Of a stretch of DNA of 64,000 nt, positions 36,451-48,748 are shown piece after piece (the stretch's first letter is position 1; each line of letters begins with the position of its first letter). The notes beneath the pieces are model-generated. The model saw nothing but the letters and a program-made list of their open reading frames with translations. It had not been told where the DNA came from and did no database searches. Source of the stretch: Azolla caroliniana (lineage: Eukaryota > Plantae > Polypodiophyta); contig JBHGNT010000017.1 in NCBI GenBank assembly GCA_043228905.1, forward strand, positions 10,354,001 to 10,418,000, given 5' to 3'. The position numbers were made by a program, and so were the translations under genes.

Positions 36451-36647
36451 TGTTGGCCGACAAAGACTTGAAAGCCAGATAAAGTCTAGAATGGGAAAGG
36501 GATAATTAATCTATAATTATTATTATTTTGAGAAGCGAACGGAGGGATCCGGAATTGGTATGCCGATCTAGATCCAGACCGGTTCGTAGCCGGTTGCCGG
36601 TTGGCACTGGTTTGTACCCATAGCCGGTGACTTATAAAAGGACCCGG

Positions 36648-39600
36648 TGTCGTGATGTTTTTAACACATAGTGTGAAACCACCACAAAAAAAGAAAGAAA
36701 GAATAAAGTAGGAGTTGAAATAAACTAATATTGTGAAGTCAACTTTTGTAATAAATGATGAAAAGATAAGAAGGTAGAAGCGAATTTTTAAAAGTAGAAA
36801 AAATAGAAAAAGTAAAAATAATAAAAATAAAAAGAAAACGCAAGGCGTGGAATTGAGGAGCAAGGTAGAGAAAAAAGCTCATAATTTCCTCAATCGATGT
36901 CCAAATTAGACAAGAAAACATTTATAAGAAAGCTAACTCAAAGCACTGTCCAAAAATAGCTTTCATGTCTAATTTGGGCTTACAAAAATAAGATAGTGAT
37001 AGAAATAAAACGAAACTCATATAGACAAGCTTTTTTTTAGGAGAAAAATAAAGCAAACCATAGTAAACCTATAAATAAGAGCTTATTTTAAGAAGAAGGG
37101 ATATATAGAGACGGGGATTGAATAAGAAAAGATTTATATTTCTTCTCTCATACTCTTATACCCCAAAAGGGGAGATAGAAAAAAATAAAATCATGTATCA
37201 AAACAAGTCCATTATATTGATGATTTAGTAATAAAAACTTTCCATATTTCTTTTCTTATGCTCTCATATTTTAAACATTGCTTATGTATAAAGATAATTA
37301 AGTGTCATTCATACTCCCGTAATCTAAGCTTTTCTTACTCATAAGCATAATTAATCATTATTCAATCTCACATAATCTCCTACTTGAAGATTTGCTTATG
37401 CATAAATGTAATTAACTATTATTCGATCTCTTATACTACCAATTTACTCTTATTAGAGGGAAATTGCTCATCTTTAAGCCTAAAATACATTAAGTGTTAA
37501 GCCCTAAATCCTTCTGGTCCAGAACCTCGGCGGTTCCGCCTCACGATCCGCACTTATTGGCGAATTTTCACGATATAATCAAGTGGTGAACCCGACGTGA
37601 AACGAGGCGGCAAGAGGATATCTCATGGAGGCATAAAGATACAAAGAGCCAAAGAGATGAAAGTCTATACGAATTCGACCAATGGGTATCATCATTAAAG
37701 ACCCACCAAAGTGCCATGCATGCTTTCATTGAGTTCGAGTGTCGCTTTGCACAACTCTCGGAGCGGGATTAAAGACTGGTGGGGGTGGAAAAAGTCCTAA
37801 TGTTTGTGAAGTCAATTGATCGGAAGGAAAGGAAGGCCATTGGAATCCGACTTGAGGATGACGATGGAGCAAATGGCCTCACCGAGGATTGGACGAAAGT
37901 GGAAAGAGTATGTCAACTGCACGATAAGAGGAAGACAGGATTCTCATAAGCAACAATACAACCCATGACAGATGGTGAAAGGAGGACGGGAAGCAACTAC
38001 AAACTACCACCTAAAGAAGAGAGCTTGAAGAGGGAAGGTTTGATGGTACTCGACATGGAGGCCTTCATAAACCAAGCATATGAGAATTTAAAGGTGCTAG
38101 TGGAGGCCAAAGAGAATCTTATAATGGAACCAAAACCAATTAAAATGGTTATCAAGGAAGAAGAGACCTCCAAACAAAGGTGGAGTCATGATATGACCAA
38201 TACGAAGGCCCAAGTTCGGTACGACAACACCACGGGAGAAGATGTGGAACAAGACGCCTTCTCGTCTTGCAAAGAAACAATCATGAAGAATGAAACAAAT
38301 GAATCAAGGGTGGCGACGACGATCATGAAGAGACTTTCCTCACAAAAGTTCTTGAGACTTGGGCATTAACCGATGTAAGACTCAAGAGACGAGAGGTGGC
38401 GGTGAGGAAACAAAGATCAATGCCAATGCGAACAACCATAAGGTGGAAGTAGCTAAAGGTAGCACGACAAAGGCAATGCCAAACTACAAAATTCCTCCAC
38501 ACTCGTTTGAGAGACTTGGCCATTAACCGATGTAAGACCCAAGCGAAGGACGATGACGGCAAGGAAGCAAGGGTTAAAGCCAATGTGTGCAACAAGGACG
38601 TAAAGCAAAGAAAAATGACGAAAGTCCATGCGTGTGACAAAGAGGTCAAGCAAAGCACGAAGACAAAAGCTAATGTGTGCAACAAAGAGACCAAGCAAAC
38701 CTCAAAAAGAAAAGATATGGGCCAAGTGGGCCAAGCGGATATGAAAGATGTGATCACAAAATCTAACAAGGATAATACTAGTGTCGAAGTCAGAGTCAAC
38801 TCCAAGACAAGAGTATACCACAAAAGTAGACATAGTGGGAAGCATGTGATGTGGTCACTTAAGGACCTAGAGGAGAAAATGCCGCTAAAGAACAAATCGC
38901 TAAGAGTGCTCAAGAATAGTATTTCGATAAGGCCTTCGAAAGGCATGCATGGAACAAGAAAGAATGATAAAAGAAAATTAGATGACCCAGGAGATGGCTG
39001 AGATGAAGGTGGCACATGCATAAGGAGTGAAGCATTCTGCTCTAGAGGAGCAAAGAGAGCCATGACAATTGGTCATGGAAAAGCAAAAAGTGGACGAAGA
39101 ATATGGTGGATCCGATGGCAATGGAAATTCGGGTACATCGATGGAAAAGTATAGTAAACAAAAGTGGAACCTCACCAAAATTGGCACATACTAGTGGATG
39201 TGCAGGTTTCGTGGGGGTGGATGTCGTGATGTTTTTCAACACATAGTGTGAAACCACCACCAAAAAAGAAAGAAAGAATAAAGTAGTAGTTGAAAAAAAC
39301 TAATATTGTGAAGTCAACTTTAGTAATAAATGATGAAAAGATAAAAAGGTAGAAGCGAATTTTCAAAAGTAAAAAAAAATAGAAAAAGTAAAAAAAATAA
39401 AAATAAAAATAAAATGCAAGGCGTGGAATTGAGGAGCAAGGTAGAGAAAAAAGCTCACAATTTCCTCATCCAATGTCCAAATTAGACAAGAAAACATTCA
39501 TAAGAAAGCTAACTCAAAGAAAACATTCATAAGAAAGCTAACTCAAAGGGCTTTCATGTCTAATTTGGGCTTACAAAAATAAGATAGTGATAGAAAAAAA

Positions 39601-39855
39601 ACGAAACTCATATAGACAAGCTTTTTTTTAGGAGAAAAATAAAGCAAACCATAGTAAACCTATAAATAAGAGCTTATTTTAAGAAGAAGGGATATATAGA
39701 GATGGGATTGAATAAGAAAATATTTATATTTCTTCTCTCATATCTTATACCCCAAAAGGGGAGATAGAAAAATAAATAAATCATGTATCAAAACAAGTCC
39801 ATTCTATTGATGATTTAGTAATAAAAACTTTCCATATTTCTTCTCTTATGCTCTC
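36648..39855 (+). mobile_element. Non-autonomous Trp-primed element G (gag-derived interior only, no pol), inserted in the 3' LTR of D
   Basis: AT-rich LTRs 36648-37575 and 39222-39855 (truncated), PBS 37584, PPT gtgggggtgga; the 1.6-kb interior has E/F-like gag (VLMFVKSID..GLTEDW) and Lys-rich repeats. Confidence 0.88.
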
Positions 39856-40046
39856 TTACGCGTGTATTCTGTGCTTAATATAACCTATCTTACGCGTGTA
39901 TTATGATCAATAACCAAACCGGTTAACATCCAGTTAGGAATACGTTTGCATTACGGTCTACGCCTACCCCACTTGCACCATCCGTTGGTGAAGTGTCCTA
40001 GACGGAGACCCTGTGTTAGGGCTAGTCCGGCCCCAAAGGAGTAACA

Positions 40047-42920
40047 TCTTGTGTTTGCCAGCGAATTGCAACTGCTTAGTCCCAGGCACTTCGTTGGGTT
40101 TGTTGTGGTCCTTCTTCGAAGTTCGTTGATAGCGAAGAACTATTTCAAGGGCCTCTTCAAAGGATTTTGGATCCTTATCGTGCACTATCCAGTGATAGTT
40201 CGAATTGGCGATGCCATTGACAAAACGAGATATTAACTAATTGTCCCCTTCTAGACCCAATTTTTGGATTTGGGTTCTAACATGGTGGACATAGTCTTCT
40301 AGCGAAGAAAATTTCCTGCTAGAGAGGATCATTAAAGCTTGAGCTGTGTCGGTTCGAGAGGGAGGTTTCAGAAATTGGCCCTTAAAAACCGTGACAAAAT
40401 CTGTCTAGGTATCGGGCAATTTACCCAATGTTCGAAGCCCAGGCCACCAGGCGGCAGCCTTACCCCCTAGTTCTCGGCCGACATATGCAATCTTCGTACT
40501 ATCTAGCGTAGGATAGAGCTCAAAATGAGACTCCCATCGGCCCAACCACATGCAGATTGCTTCTACGGTTCTTTCCTTTTTTTCTTCCGTAAATGGCTTC
40601 ACGACAAGCAATGGTTCACCTTGTCGCTCATCAGGTCTATTAGTCTCACTTTGTAAACTAATGACACATACCTCGAGAGCACTTTGAGATTGCCGATGTT
40701 CGGTCATTTGTTGAGCAGTGAAACTAAGGTACTAGCTTATTTGTGAAAAATACATCTCCATGGACATTTGTCTAGGAGGATTTCCTTGAGTTCCTTCCGC
40801 TTGAGCGGATGACACTGGGTCATTATTTTGAGCCATTGAATGATTATTTTTGGCAAAGAAATAGGATAAGGTTAGACAAATAGTCATAACATCATGTTGT
40901 GATGTAAACATATCATGGGCAAACATTAATCGATATCATGATCTCATGTCAATAACCCTCTAGACGTATGAGATGAGGTTCAAGATCAGGTTATTATGGT
41001 AACACGAAGGTGTTTTAAAAACCATGGGGGTGACAAATTAATGTCTTTCCCTGATCTCTATATCGATTTTTTCATGGAGGCTCCCCGAGGCTCAACCATG
41101 TATGTTCGCATCATGAATAGTTAATACATGAAAAAAATGTTAACAATAAATTATGTTTCGGTGCCCACATATGTGGTTTTGGCTCTTTAAGTGTGTTATA
41201 GTCATATGTATCAACAATGTTGTATCGTCTTGGTCATATTTGAACTCGACACCTCAAGAACAAATGGATTAAACACTTGAGCCAACCAAGTAGGTTTCGC
41301 TTCTTGAATATTTAATATTTAATGTGTATAAGAGATATGCGAAGCATTTGCCCATATATGTTTTTTTAAAAGAAACATATATGTCAAGAGTCCTTATTTC
41401 CCCCTCGTTTACCACAAACTTTGTTGGTACGCTACCTAACCTCAAGTCTCATAATTACGATGGCATACGCCAAAGTGCAACCTAATGGTCAAGCCAAATG
41501 AGCCATGTTTTCGTAGTAGGCCCACGCGGCCCATCACATGGTTACGTCATTACGAATGCCTTTCGTAAGAATGAGCTCACGGTGGCATCGTATCCATGTA
41601 ATGAGGGAGGGATGTTAGATATGTGTGTCATAAGAGTGACCTCACATCAAGTGGTTCAAGCCCTACGTTCTCAACACCATTGTGGCTAAGATTGTTTCAT
41701 TACGTAACGAAATCGAAGTCAACAATGGGGATGTCAACAATAAAAATTTGTTGATAAAGGGATGGTGACAACGCCATTCTCACAAAAATGTGAGGACGGC
41801 CACCAAAATCCTTTCCCCGAAAAGGAAAACATTTGATATTGAAATCACGTAATATCAAATATACACATATGTTTATTTATCACATATATATGATAAAATA
41901 CGTATACACGTGACCACATAGGCGTATATTAAAAAAAATCGTAACATCAAATAGCCAGCATATGATGAAATCGAGACACGTAATCGAGGCATATAGCCTC
42001 TACGCACACAAAACATCCAAAAATAAGGGTTAATTGTGCAATTGAGGTATTGACCTCTTACGCATACAACACCGAACACATATCATTTACATAGAAATCA
42101 TGATATTGACGTCATACGCAAACGTAACATATGTTTGTGAATGTAATATGTAATTGAGGTATTAACGTTGTATGCATACGACACTAATCACATATAAAAT
42201 GTATGTCAAATGAGGTATTGACCTTGTGCACATATGTAAACACTTTACATAACCAATTAATTACCACTACAACATTAAAAAAATGGCATATGATCATACA
42301 CATGATGAGAAGGGAGAAGAAAAAATAGAAAAAAAAAACAAGAAAGATTACCGAAGTTCCTTTGTTGATCGTTGTCTAGATCAAGGCCAACCGCACATCG
42401 ATCGATTACCATCAATCAAGAACACAAAAGACAACAAAAGAAACATTAGAACATGAGCTCTGATATGAACTATTAGAGATATGATCTAATGTAAGTGTAT
42501 GATAAGGAGAAAAGAATGATAGATAGAAAGGAGAGAGAAAGAAGGTTGCCGATCCACCCGACCACCCCCAAGCGAAGGGATCGAGATGCACTCGAGCCTC
42601 GATTGGCGTCCCATACCACTGTTGTGGCATCGAGTCGTACCTGGTGCTGCCGCGCTCGTTACAAGAGTTGAACCACAACGAAATAGAGTCTCGACGTTGT
42701 CAAAAGATGATGAAATGAGGGTAGCTAGGCCTCTTATTTATAGCAATACCTAAGGCCCCCAGGCAAGTTCACACTTGGCCTAATGGGTTGTCTCAATCCT
42801 GAGGATTAAAAGTAATCCTCCCCTTCTTAAAACACTCGTTTAACCCTCACACTTATCCACGTGTATAGAATACTACGGTAAATTCTCACCACGGGATATT
42901 ATATGGTCATGCCCGTAACA
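40047..42920 (-). mobile_element. 5' part of the old minus-strand gypsy: LTR 42471-42920, decayed iMet PBS, long AT-rich leader, gag 40840-40047
   Basis: Minus strand TGTTACGGGC...ctctaaTA then gtTCATATCAGAGC (vs TGGTATCAGAGC); Gag motif WLGRWESHF..LGGKAAAWW. Linking the LTR to the gag across the leader is inference. Confidence 0.65.
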
Positions 42921-43147
42921 TCGAGACTCTGATCATGTGGGAATCAACTTTTGTAGTGAGCACACCAACACTAGGTACGACTCGATGCCACGACGGTGGT
43001 ATGGGATGCCGATTGAGGCTTGAGTCCGTCTCTATTCCTTCGATTGGGGGTGGTCAGGTGGATTGGAACTCTTCTTTCTCTCTCCTCTCTCCTCTATCTA
43101 TCTATTATTTCCTTATCGCATGCTTACATTAGGATTAAGCTCTAACA
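42921..43147 (+). repeat. 3' half of a same-family LTR in opposite orientation
   Basis: Reverse-complement match to 42471-42694; ends ctctaaCA. Confidence 0.75.
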
Positions 43148-43600
43148 TACAAATTCGGCACAACTGAACAAAATGGTATACCACCGTAGGACAATAAAAC
43201 AAAAAACAGAGATGGAGATTACGCACAAAAGACTAAGACCTTCATTAGCAAAAATGGTGCACTAAATACAACATTCTCTGTAAGCATCTTTTATGCAAAA
43301 GACCTCTTTTTCTCTCATAAAGAAGTGGGTTGACATAAGTACAATAACTGGCTCATTCATGAGCATTGAATTCTAGCCTACACTAAATTCTAGTCTAACT
43401 AGAATATTTCGAAGTCAATATTAAAAGGGGTTGAGCTTGACAACTCAACAATCCCCCGGAAGCTCAGACTGATGTTGACTTTCGGCCCTATCGTCCCTCA
43501 TTAGTTTACAATCCTTCGTCTCTCAGTTGTTTCGGCTCTTGTCTACTTCGACCCTTTCGGCCCTTAGCCATTTCGGCTCTTGTCCCTTTCTCCTTTTTTC
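43148..43600 (-). mobile_element. Copia-like 3' end remnant (PPT and 3' LTR 43450 leftwards)
   Basis: Minus strand gagcttccgggggat followed by TGTTGAG, similar to the PPT/LTR junction at 6522-6543. Confidence 0.55.
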
Positions 43601-45227
43601 CACTCGTGTTATGTACACATAACGTAGACGAGGGTAGGTCACTAATATTTACATAAGTGAATGGTATGTTCAATAATGTTAGGAAGGTACTAATGTGTTT
43701 GGATAGAAGGAATGATAGGTGCATGCACTATCATGATCTTGACAACCAATGAATGGAGAGTCTTTTTAGAGAATCACATATATTCAAGGGGCCTAGGAAG
43801 AGGTATAAATATGAGGCTTAGCTACCCAAAAATGTACATCTCGATCTAATTAACCGGAATTTTCTAGTTCTCGGTTAGACCTCCCACGAACACCTTCTCG
43901 ATCTCTCTGAGGGTGTCATCGAATGAGACTGCCTCCACGGCGCCACTGATCTAGTCATCGGGGCCCATGGATCCGCATGACCTAAAGCGCCCCTTGACTC
44001 GTCGTCTTGCCTGGTTGTTGATGTTGATTACTATACAACCTCCATTATCAGAGAGCCAAAATTTCCTAACTATTGTACAAGTGTGTGGGGTTTCGACTGG
44101 TTGTCCGAACTATCACAACCCCACACCTTGACGACCCTCTTCAAAAATCCTCTCAGCCTACGTCACTGAGAGAGTCCCGGTTACGCTCGTGGTTCAGCTT
44201 CATTGTCAGGAACTGAATGGAGTGGTTCCTGCCTTGGCTCTTCACTCGTGCGTAGTCTGAACCATTGTCAAGAACCTTCATCTCCATCAAGGCCGTTGTA
44301 ATGTAGGGCTTGCCCAAGATCACCGGATGGGATGATGACTCCTACACGAAGAAGTGCTGGTTGATTTCGATGTCACTGACCTTCACTCGGACATTCGGGC
44401 ATGCTCCGTGCAGCTCCTCTGTAGCTCGGGTCGCTGCACGTATATTCCACCCATGCTTTGTGTTGATCAGCCACTTCCCTTTCTTATAGAAGTCCATGTA
44501 CATTAGGTTGGTCTCCGATACGTGGTCAATCAATGCCACCACCGGCTCCTTCACATACCTATCCGGACCAAAGTCTTTGTTGTAACCCTTACCCAGTGTG
44601 GCCTCATATAGTGGCTATCACCATATTCTTCCTCTACCACCAATTCGTCGATAACCGTCGTGCTTACATCAACCTATTTCACATTCTCTGGCTTTGTCGA
44701 GAGCCGCATTGCCTTTACGAGTTTGATGATTGTGTCGTGAAACTCTTACTTGGGAATAGCCAATACCTCTTGCAGCGTGAGTTCCACATGGCTGTCGAGG
44801 ATTCGTTCCTCTAGGACCTTCCTTAGGTCTATCGATTTCTCTATCTCCGAGGTCCGCTAGAATCTCGGAAATTTTCCTGTCTCCTTCTCCCGTGGGTCGT
44901 TCGGTTGGTTCACCATCACCTCTTTTTGGCCTGCTCCAGGTGTCGTACTTGCCCCTCTCGTCTTCCCGAACCGCTTTTCTTCGACTAGAACCTCGTAGAT
45001 CTAACACGCAGCTTCCACAAAGTTTGTCTTCTCCTCCATTCGATCATTCCATACTGTGACCTCCCGGATCCATCTCTCTACGCGGTCCGCCTCTTCCTTC
45101 ATAAGCTTCATTCCGGAGAAGCCCTCTGATACCACCAACCAAAATCCAGTGTCGTTTCCCATCCGGACGCTCTTATCGCGTCCAACCTGGATGTCGGCCG
45201 ATGCCTAGTATTGGATGGCCTTGACGT

Positions 45228-46115
45228 TGTCGAGGAAATCCTCGTGTGTTCACAAAATGAAGCAGAACCATTGGAGTCCTGAATTGGAAGGATTTATAGT
45301 TTGTACTAGCTTTAGCGAGAAAGTATTTAAGATAGATTGAGAGAGAGAGAGAGATAGAGATTGAACCCTTGACTTCAATTTTTAGAGATGAGATACATCA
45401 CCAGTAGGATAACTAGATTTATTATTATTATTTTCTTGATCAGTATATAGTTCGCTTGATTAATTGATTGATTCTTTTTCTTTTTCCTCCACTCTTTTAT
45501 AGATGCCCCCATGCATATGATGCATGCGAGGGTGCAAGACATGCATGCAATGCATGTAACACATGAAATGTATGCGATACGTGTTTGCCATTTGGCGCTT
45601 ATGCATTACATGTGATGCATGATAACCATGTCAGTCATGCAAGCTCTCATATATGAGAATTTACATATGAAAAAGTATAATGATGGAAATACAACTTTTA
45701 AAGAAATGACTTGGCTTTGTGGTAAGTCAATTGTCAATTGGCTTTAAAGAAAAATTGAAACGAGAATCGGCAGGCCAAAATCAGTCAGAAAGCCGAAACA
45801 AGAGTCAGCTGGCTGAAATCGACCGAAAAGTTGAAATGGGAGTCGGCTGCCAAAATCGGTCAGAAAATCGAAACAGGATTCGGTCGAGTGATAGTCGACC
45901 GAATAGAAGTTCAGACGAATATACAAATATATATATACACAATCATATATATATTTGAGATAACTTGGAATATATATAGAGAGAGTCGTATTAGCTGCAT
46001 ATATATGTGGGATGACTCACTGAGAAAAAACAGTGAGGGAAGCGCGAAAGTGAACCCTTCTTGGTTTTCTCCTTTTCAAGTGATTTTCACACCGTTGCCG
46101 AAAATCTTCACGACA
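45228..46115 (-). mobile_element. Solo LTR related to family C
   Basis: Minus-strand start TGTCGTGAAGATTTTCGGCAA identical to 33521; 4-bp TSD acgt/atgt; interrupts H1 gag. Confidence 0.88.
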
Positions 46116-47445
46116 ATGTGCCCCGTCACCGCCTCCTCCATTATCCTCTTCATTCCACCCTGACCAGTGTTCATTTCTAGGGGCCTTCGCATTTCGCTCG
46201 CGTGTACCACATTGTTCCTTAGCGCCTTGACGAGGCCCACACAATCCATCCGGATGTGGTCAACACCATCACACCACATGCACCTAAGGCCATTAGGCGG
46301 GTGCCGGTCATGCGATTGACCCTCACCATTACTTTGAGCTTGAGCAATTTGAAGGTTGTGCACCACCTTCATTAGCTCGTCCAGCTGCACACCCCCGGAT
46401 AGTCCCTCGACCACGTTGGTCGGTACTAGGCCCAAGTCGGCGGCCCGCCTTCTCGCCTTGTTCGACCAAGTCGGCACCTCCCTTGTTACTCCTATAGTGG
46501 TTGGGCTGGTTGATGTCAATCCTTCATTGTTCCATTCATGCCGTTTCTCATAATGGTTGCACACCCTCTTGACCACGACCGAGTCGGTCGTAAGGCCATC
46601 GTTCGTTTCCAAGAGGAGACCCACCTTCTCATGATCGTGTGAGTTGAACGACTTGATGAATAATAGGATCTTTCTTGTATCAAGAATGGTCTAGTCTAGC
46701 ACCGAGAGTCGTGCGAATTGTTTCTCGAATTCGAGGAGAAGCCATGTTGTATTTCGTCCTTTTCCCTAGAGCTCGATCCACTCCATTAGCTCCTTCGTCG
46801 ACAATCGACACGAGTCGTCGAAGTCGTACCTTTCAAGGAGGCAATCCTTGAACTCCAACCAATTGCAACAGTTGGTCTGAATCTCGAGCACCTCAGCGTG
46901 GATGTTCAATATGATGTTTCGGGCAAATTTGGACAATGAACTATCGTCTGGAATGTTCCTCATTAGCATTTCGGCCTTGAAGGCCTCTAGCTAACTTGTG
47001 ACGCCCTCTCTGCTGAATCAGCCTGTCGTGCCGATGATGGTTTCGATGGCCCTATCGAGGCAAGTTGAGCTCTCCCAAGCATTCTTAAGGCGGTCAACTC
47101 CTACCGCCATGGCCTTTGCTAGCTCACCTCCCCTCATTGTAGCTACCCTATCGCCATTTCACGTCGAGTTCACCAATAGATGTCACGGAAATTGGCTGGT
47201 TGTGGGTCGGCTACGGCGGGACTTTCAGAACCAAGAATAAAAGATAGAGTGATGGAAGAAGGATATAAGGGAACATGAGAAGAAAGGAATGAAATGCTAA
47301 GAGAATAATGGGTGTATTAAGATAGAGAAAGAAAGAGAATGGATACAACATATGTAATGAGAGTTAAAGATTGGTGTTGATTCGAATTGATTTGAGAATA
47401 CATGTATGCCCTTATTTATAGGTTCCTATAGAATAGCTTAGAGAT

Positions 47446-47500
47446 TTCTATAATGTTCTAGAATGTTCTAGGACATTCTAGAATATTCTAGAATGATCTA
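47446..47500. promoter_or_regulatory. Heat-shock-element array in LTR H (also 48563-48640, 50789-50843, and 62540-62563 in the chromovirus LTR)
   Basis: Alternating nTTCn/nGAAn at 5-bp phase: TTCtaGAAtgTTCtaGGAcaTTCtaGAAtaTTCtaGAA, about 25 bp upstream of a minus-strand TATA. Confidence 0.7.
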
Positions 47501-47650
47501 AAGTTTTTACAATAATCAATCTAATACTAAAGTAGCTTTTATCCTCTCATATGACAATCAACTATCTTAATGGTTGAGGTTTTCAATTATGGATTACAAG
47601 GTTTGAGGTTCAAGTGCGGGCGATGCCATAATGGTCATGTGTCCATGACA

Positions 47651-48558
47651 GGGACCATCGGGGGGGTCTCAGACCAAGGAGCCTAAGAATAAGCAGATAC
47701 TAAGCTTGCGGTGACCTATCCGGCTCCGTCTCTAGAGTCCGTTCTTGAGCAAACGGGCACGTAGGACCATTTCCGATTTGGCCTTGTCGTCGGATTCTGG
47801 AAGATGAGCTCATGGGATCACAAGCTCAAGTAGGTATGTGCTGAACAGAGGAGGGAAGAGACAACACTTTCGCGAATGAGAAGACGGAGAGAGGATTGTG
47901 AATGCAACCGGATAGACCATAACCGGAGCAGAGGCCTCCCACCCACTATCTGACTGAGCAAAACAAGAAGCTTGCACTACTTCAGAGACCAATTTGGCAA
48001 CACCTTCCCCTCCTAAAATGATGATCACCTCACACCAACACATTCCCTCCTTTTTATATCACCCAAGGAGTGGGAGGGGTGATGTTACATCAGGCTATTA
48101 TGACAACCGTTTTTGTCAAAGATTCTCCCACGATTTTCTCGTCTCACACACTATCATTCCCCTCTTTTTGTAGGATCATAAAAGTACCTATTAAATATTC
48201 TACCTTGTACTTATTTATACTTCAATATTTACATTTGTTTGTACAATAGACCACGTTCATGCGCATACATGCACTCCATGTGTTCACACACCCGAAGGAC
48301 CTTTCTCCTAGTGGCCGGAATCCTCCATGATAGTGCAGTGGATGTCGATTTTGGATATGCCTATTCTAGCATTAAAGGCAACAAAGGAAAAAGTGGGCAC
48401 GCGAGATGTCGAAACATCTGACATGACAATGACTACTAGAGATCCCAGAAGAAAAGTGCTAGGAAGAGATCCCTCCAAGAGCTGAACCATAAACAATTGT
48501 ATCAATGGTAGAGCCAATCGTAGGGAATGCCATAGCACCATAGGTAATAGAGGGGCTA
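47651..48558 (-). repeat. LTR-like block I, duplicated at 50995-52033
   Basis: Direct similarity between the two blocks with indels; minus-strand tataaaaaggagg; possible TG start at 52033. Confidence 0.65.
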
Positions 48559-48748
48559 TGGCATTCTAGAATGATCTAGGACATTTTAGAACATTCTAGA
48601 ATGATCTTGGACATTCTAGAACATTCTAGAATGATGTAGAGTCTTTACAATAATCAATCAATACAGAAAGTAGCTTTTATCCTCTCATATGACAATAAGC
48701 TATCTTAATGGTTGAGGTTTTCAATTATGGGTTACAAGGTTGAGGTTC

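Larger units (their letters stand above)
14489..40046 (+). mobile_element. Athila/Tat-like Ty3/gypsy element D (LTR family B) carrying multiple nested insertions
   Basis: 5' LTR 14489-14951, 3' LTR 36451-40046 (split by element G), perfect TSD tcttg (14484-14488 / 40047-40051). Confidence 0.9.
43880..47650 (-). mobile_element. Decayed Trp-primed element H1: LTR 47181-47650, PBS, gag-protease and start of pol
   Basis: TGTCACGG/CCATGACA termini, PBS 47159-47175, CMWCDGVDHIRMDC, ALIDHVSETNLM, frameshift site at 44141-44150. Confidence 0.85.

Noticed and set aside
38323-39063. 246-aa hydrophobic ORF resembling a membrane or Env protein
   Set aside because: Antisense shadow of an A-rich, Lys-rich frame in element G; same artefact at 7295-7587 and 36486-36863.
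40900-42400. Helitron, DNA transposon or host promoter in the AT-rich stretch
   Set aside because: No TIRs, TSD, Helitron termini or coding signal that I can support.
43606-43875. Additional LTR (TG start, tataaat near 43804)
   Set aside because: No partner copy, CA end, TSD, PBS or PPT could be established.
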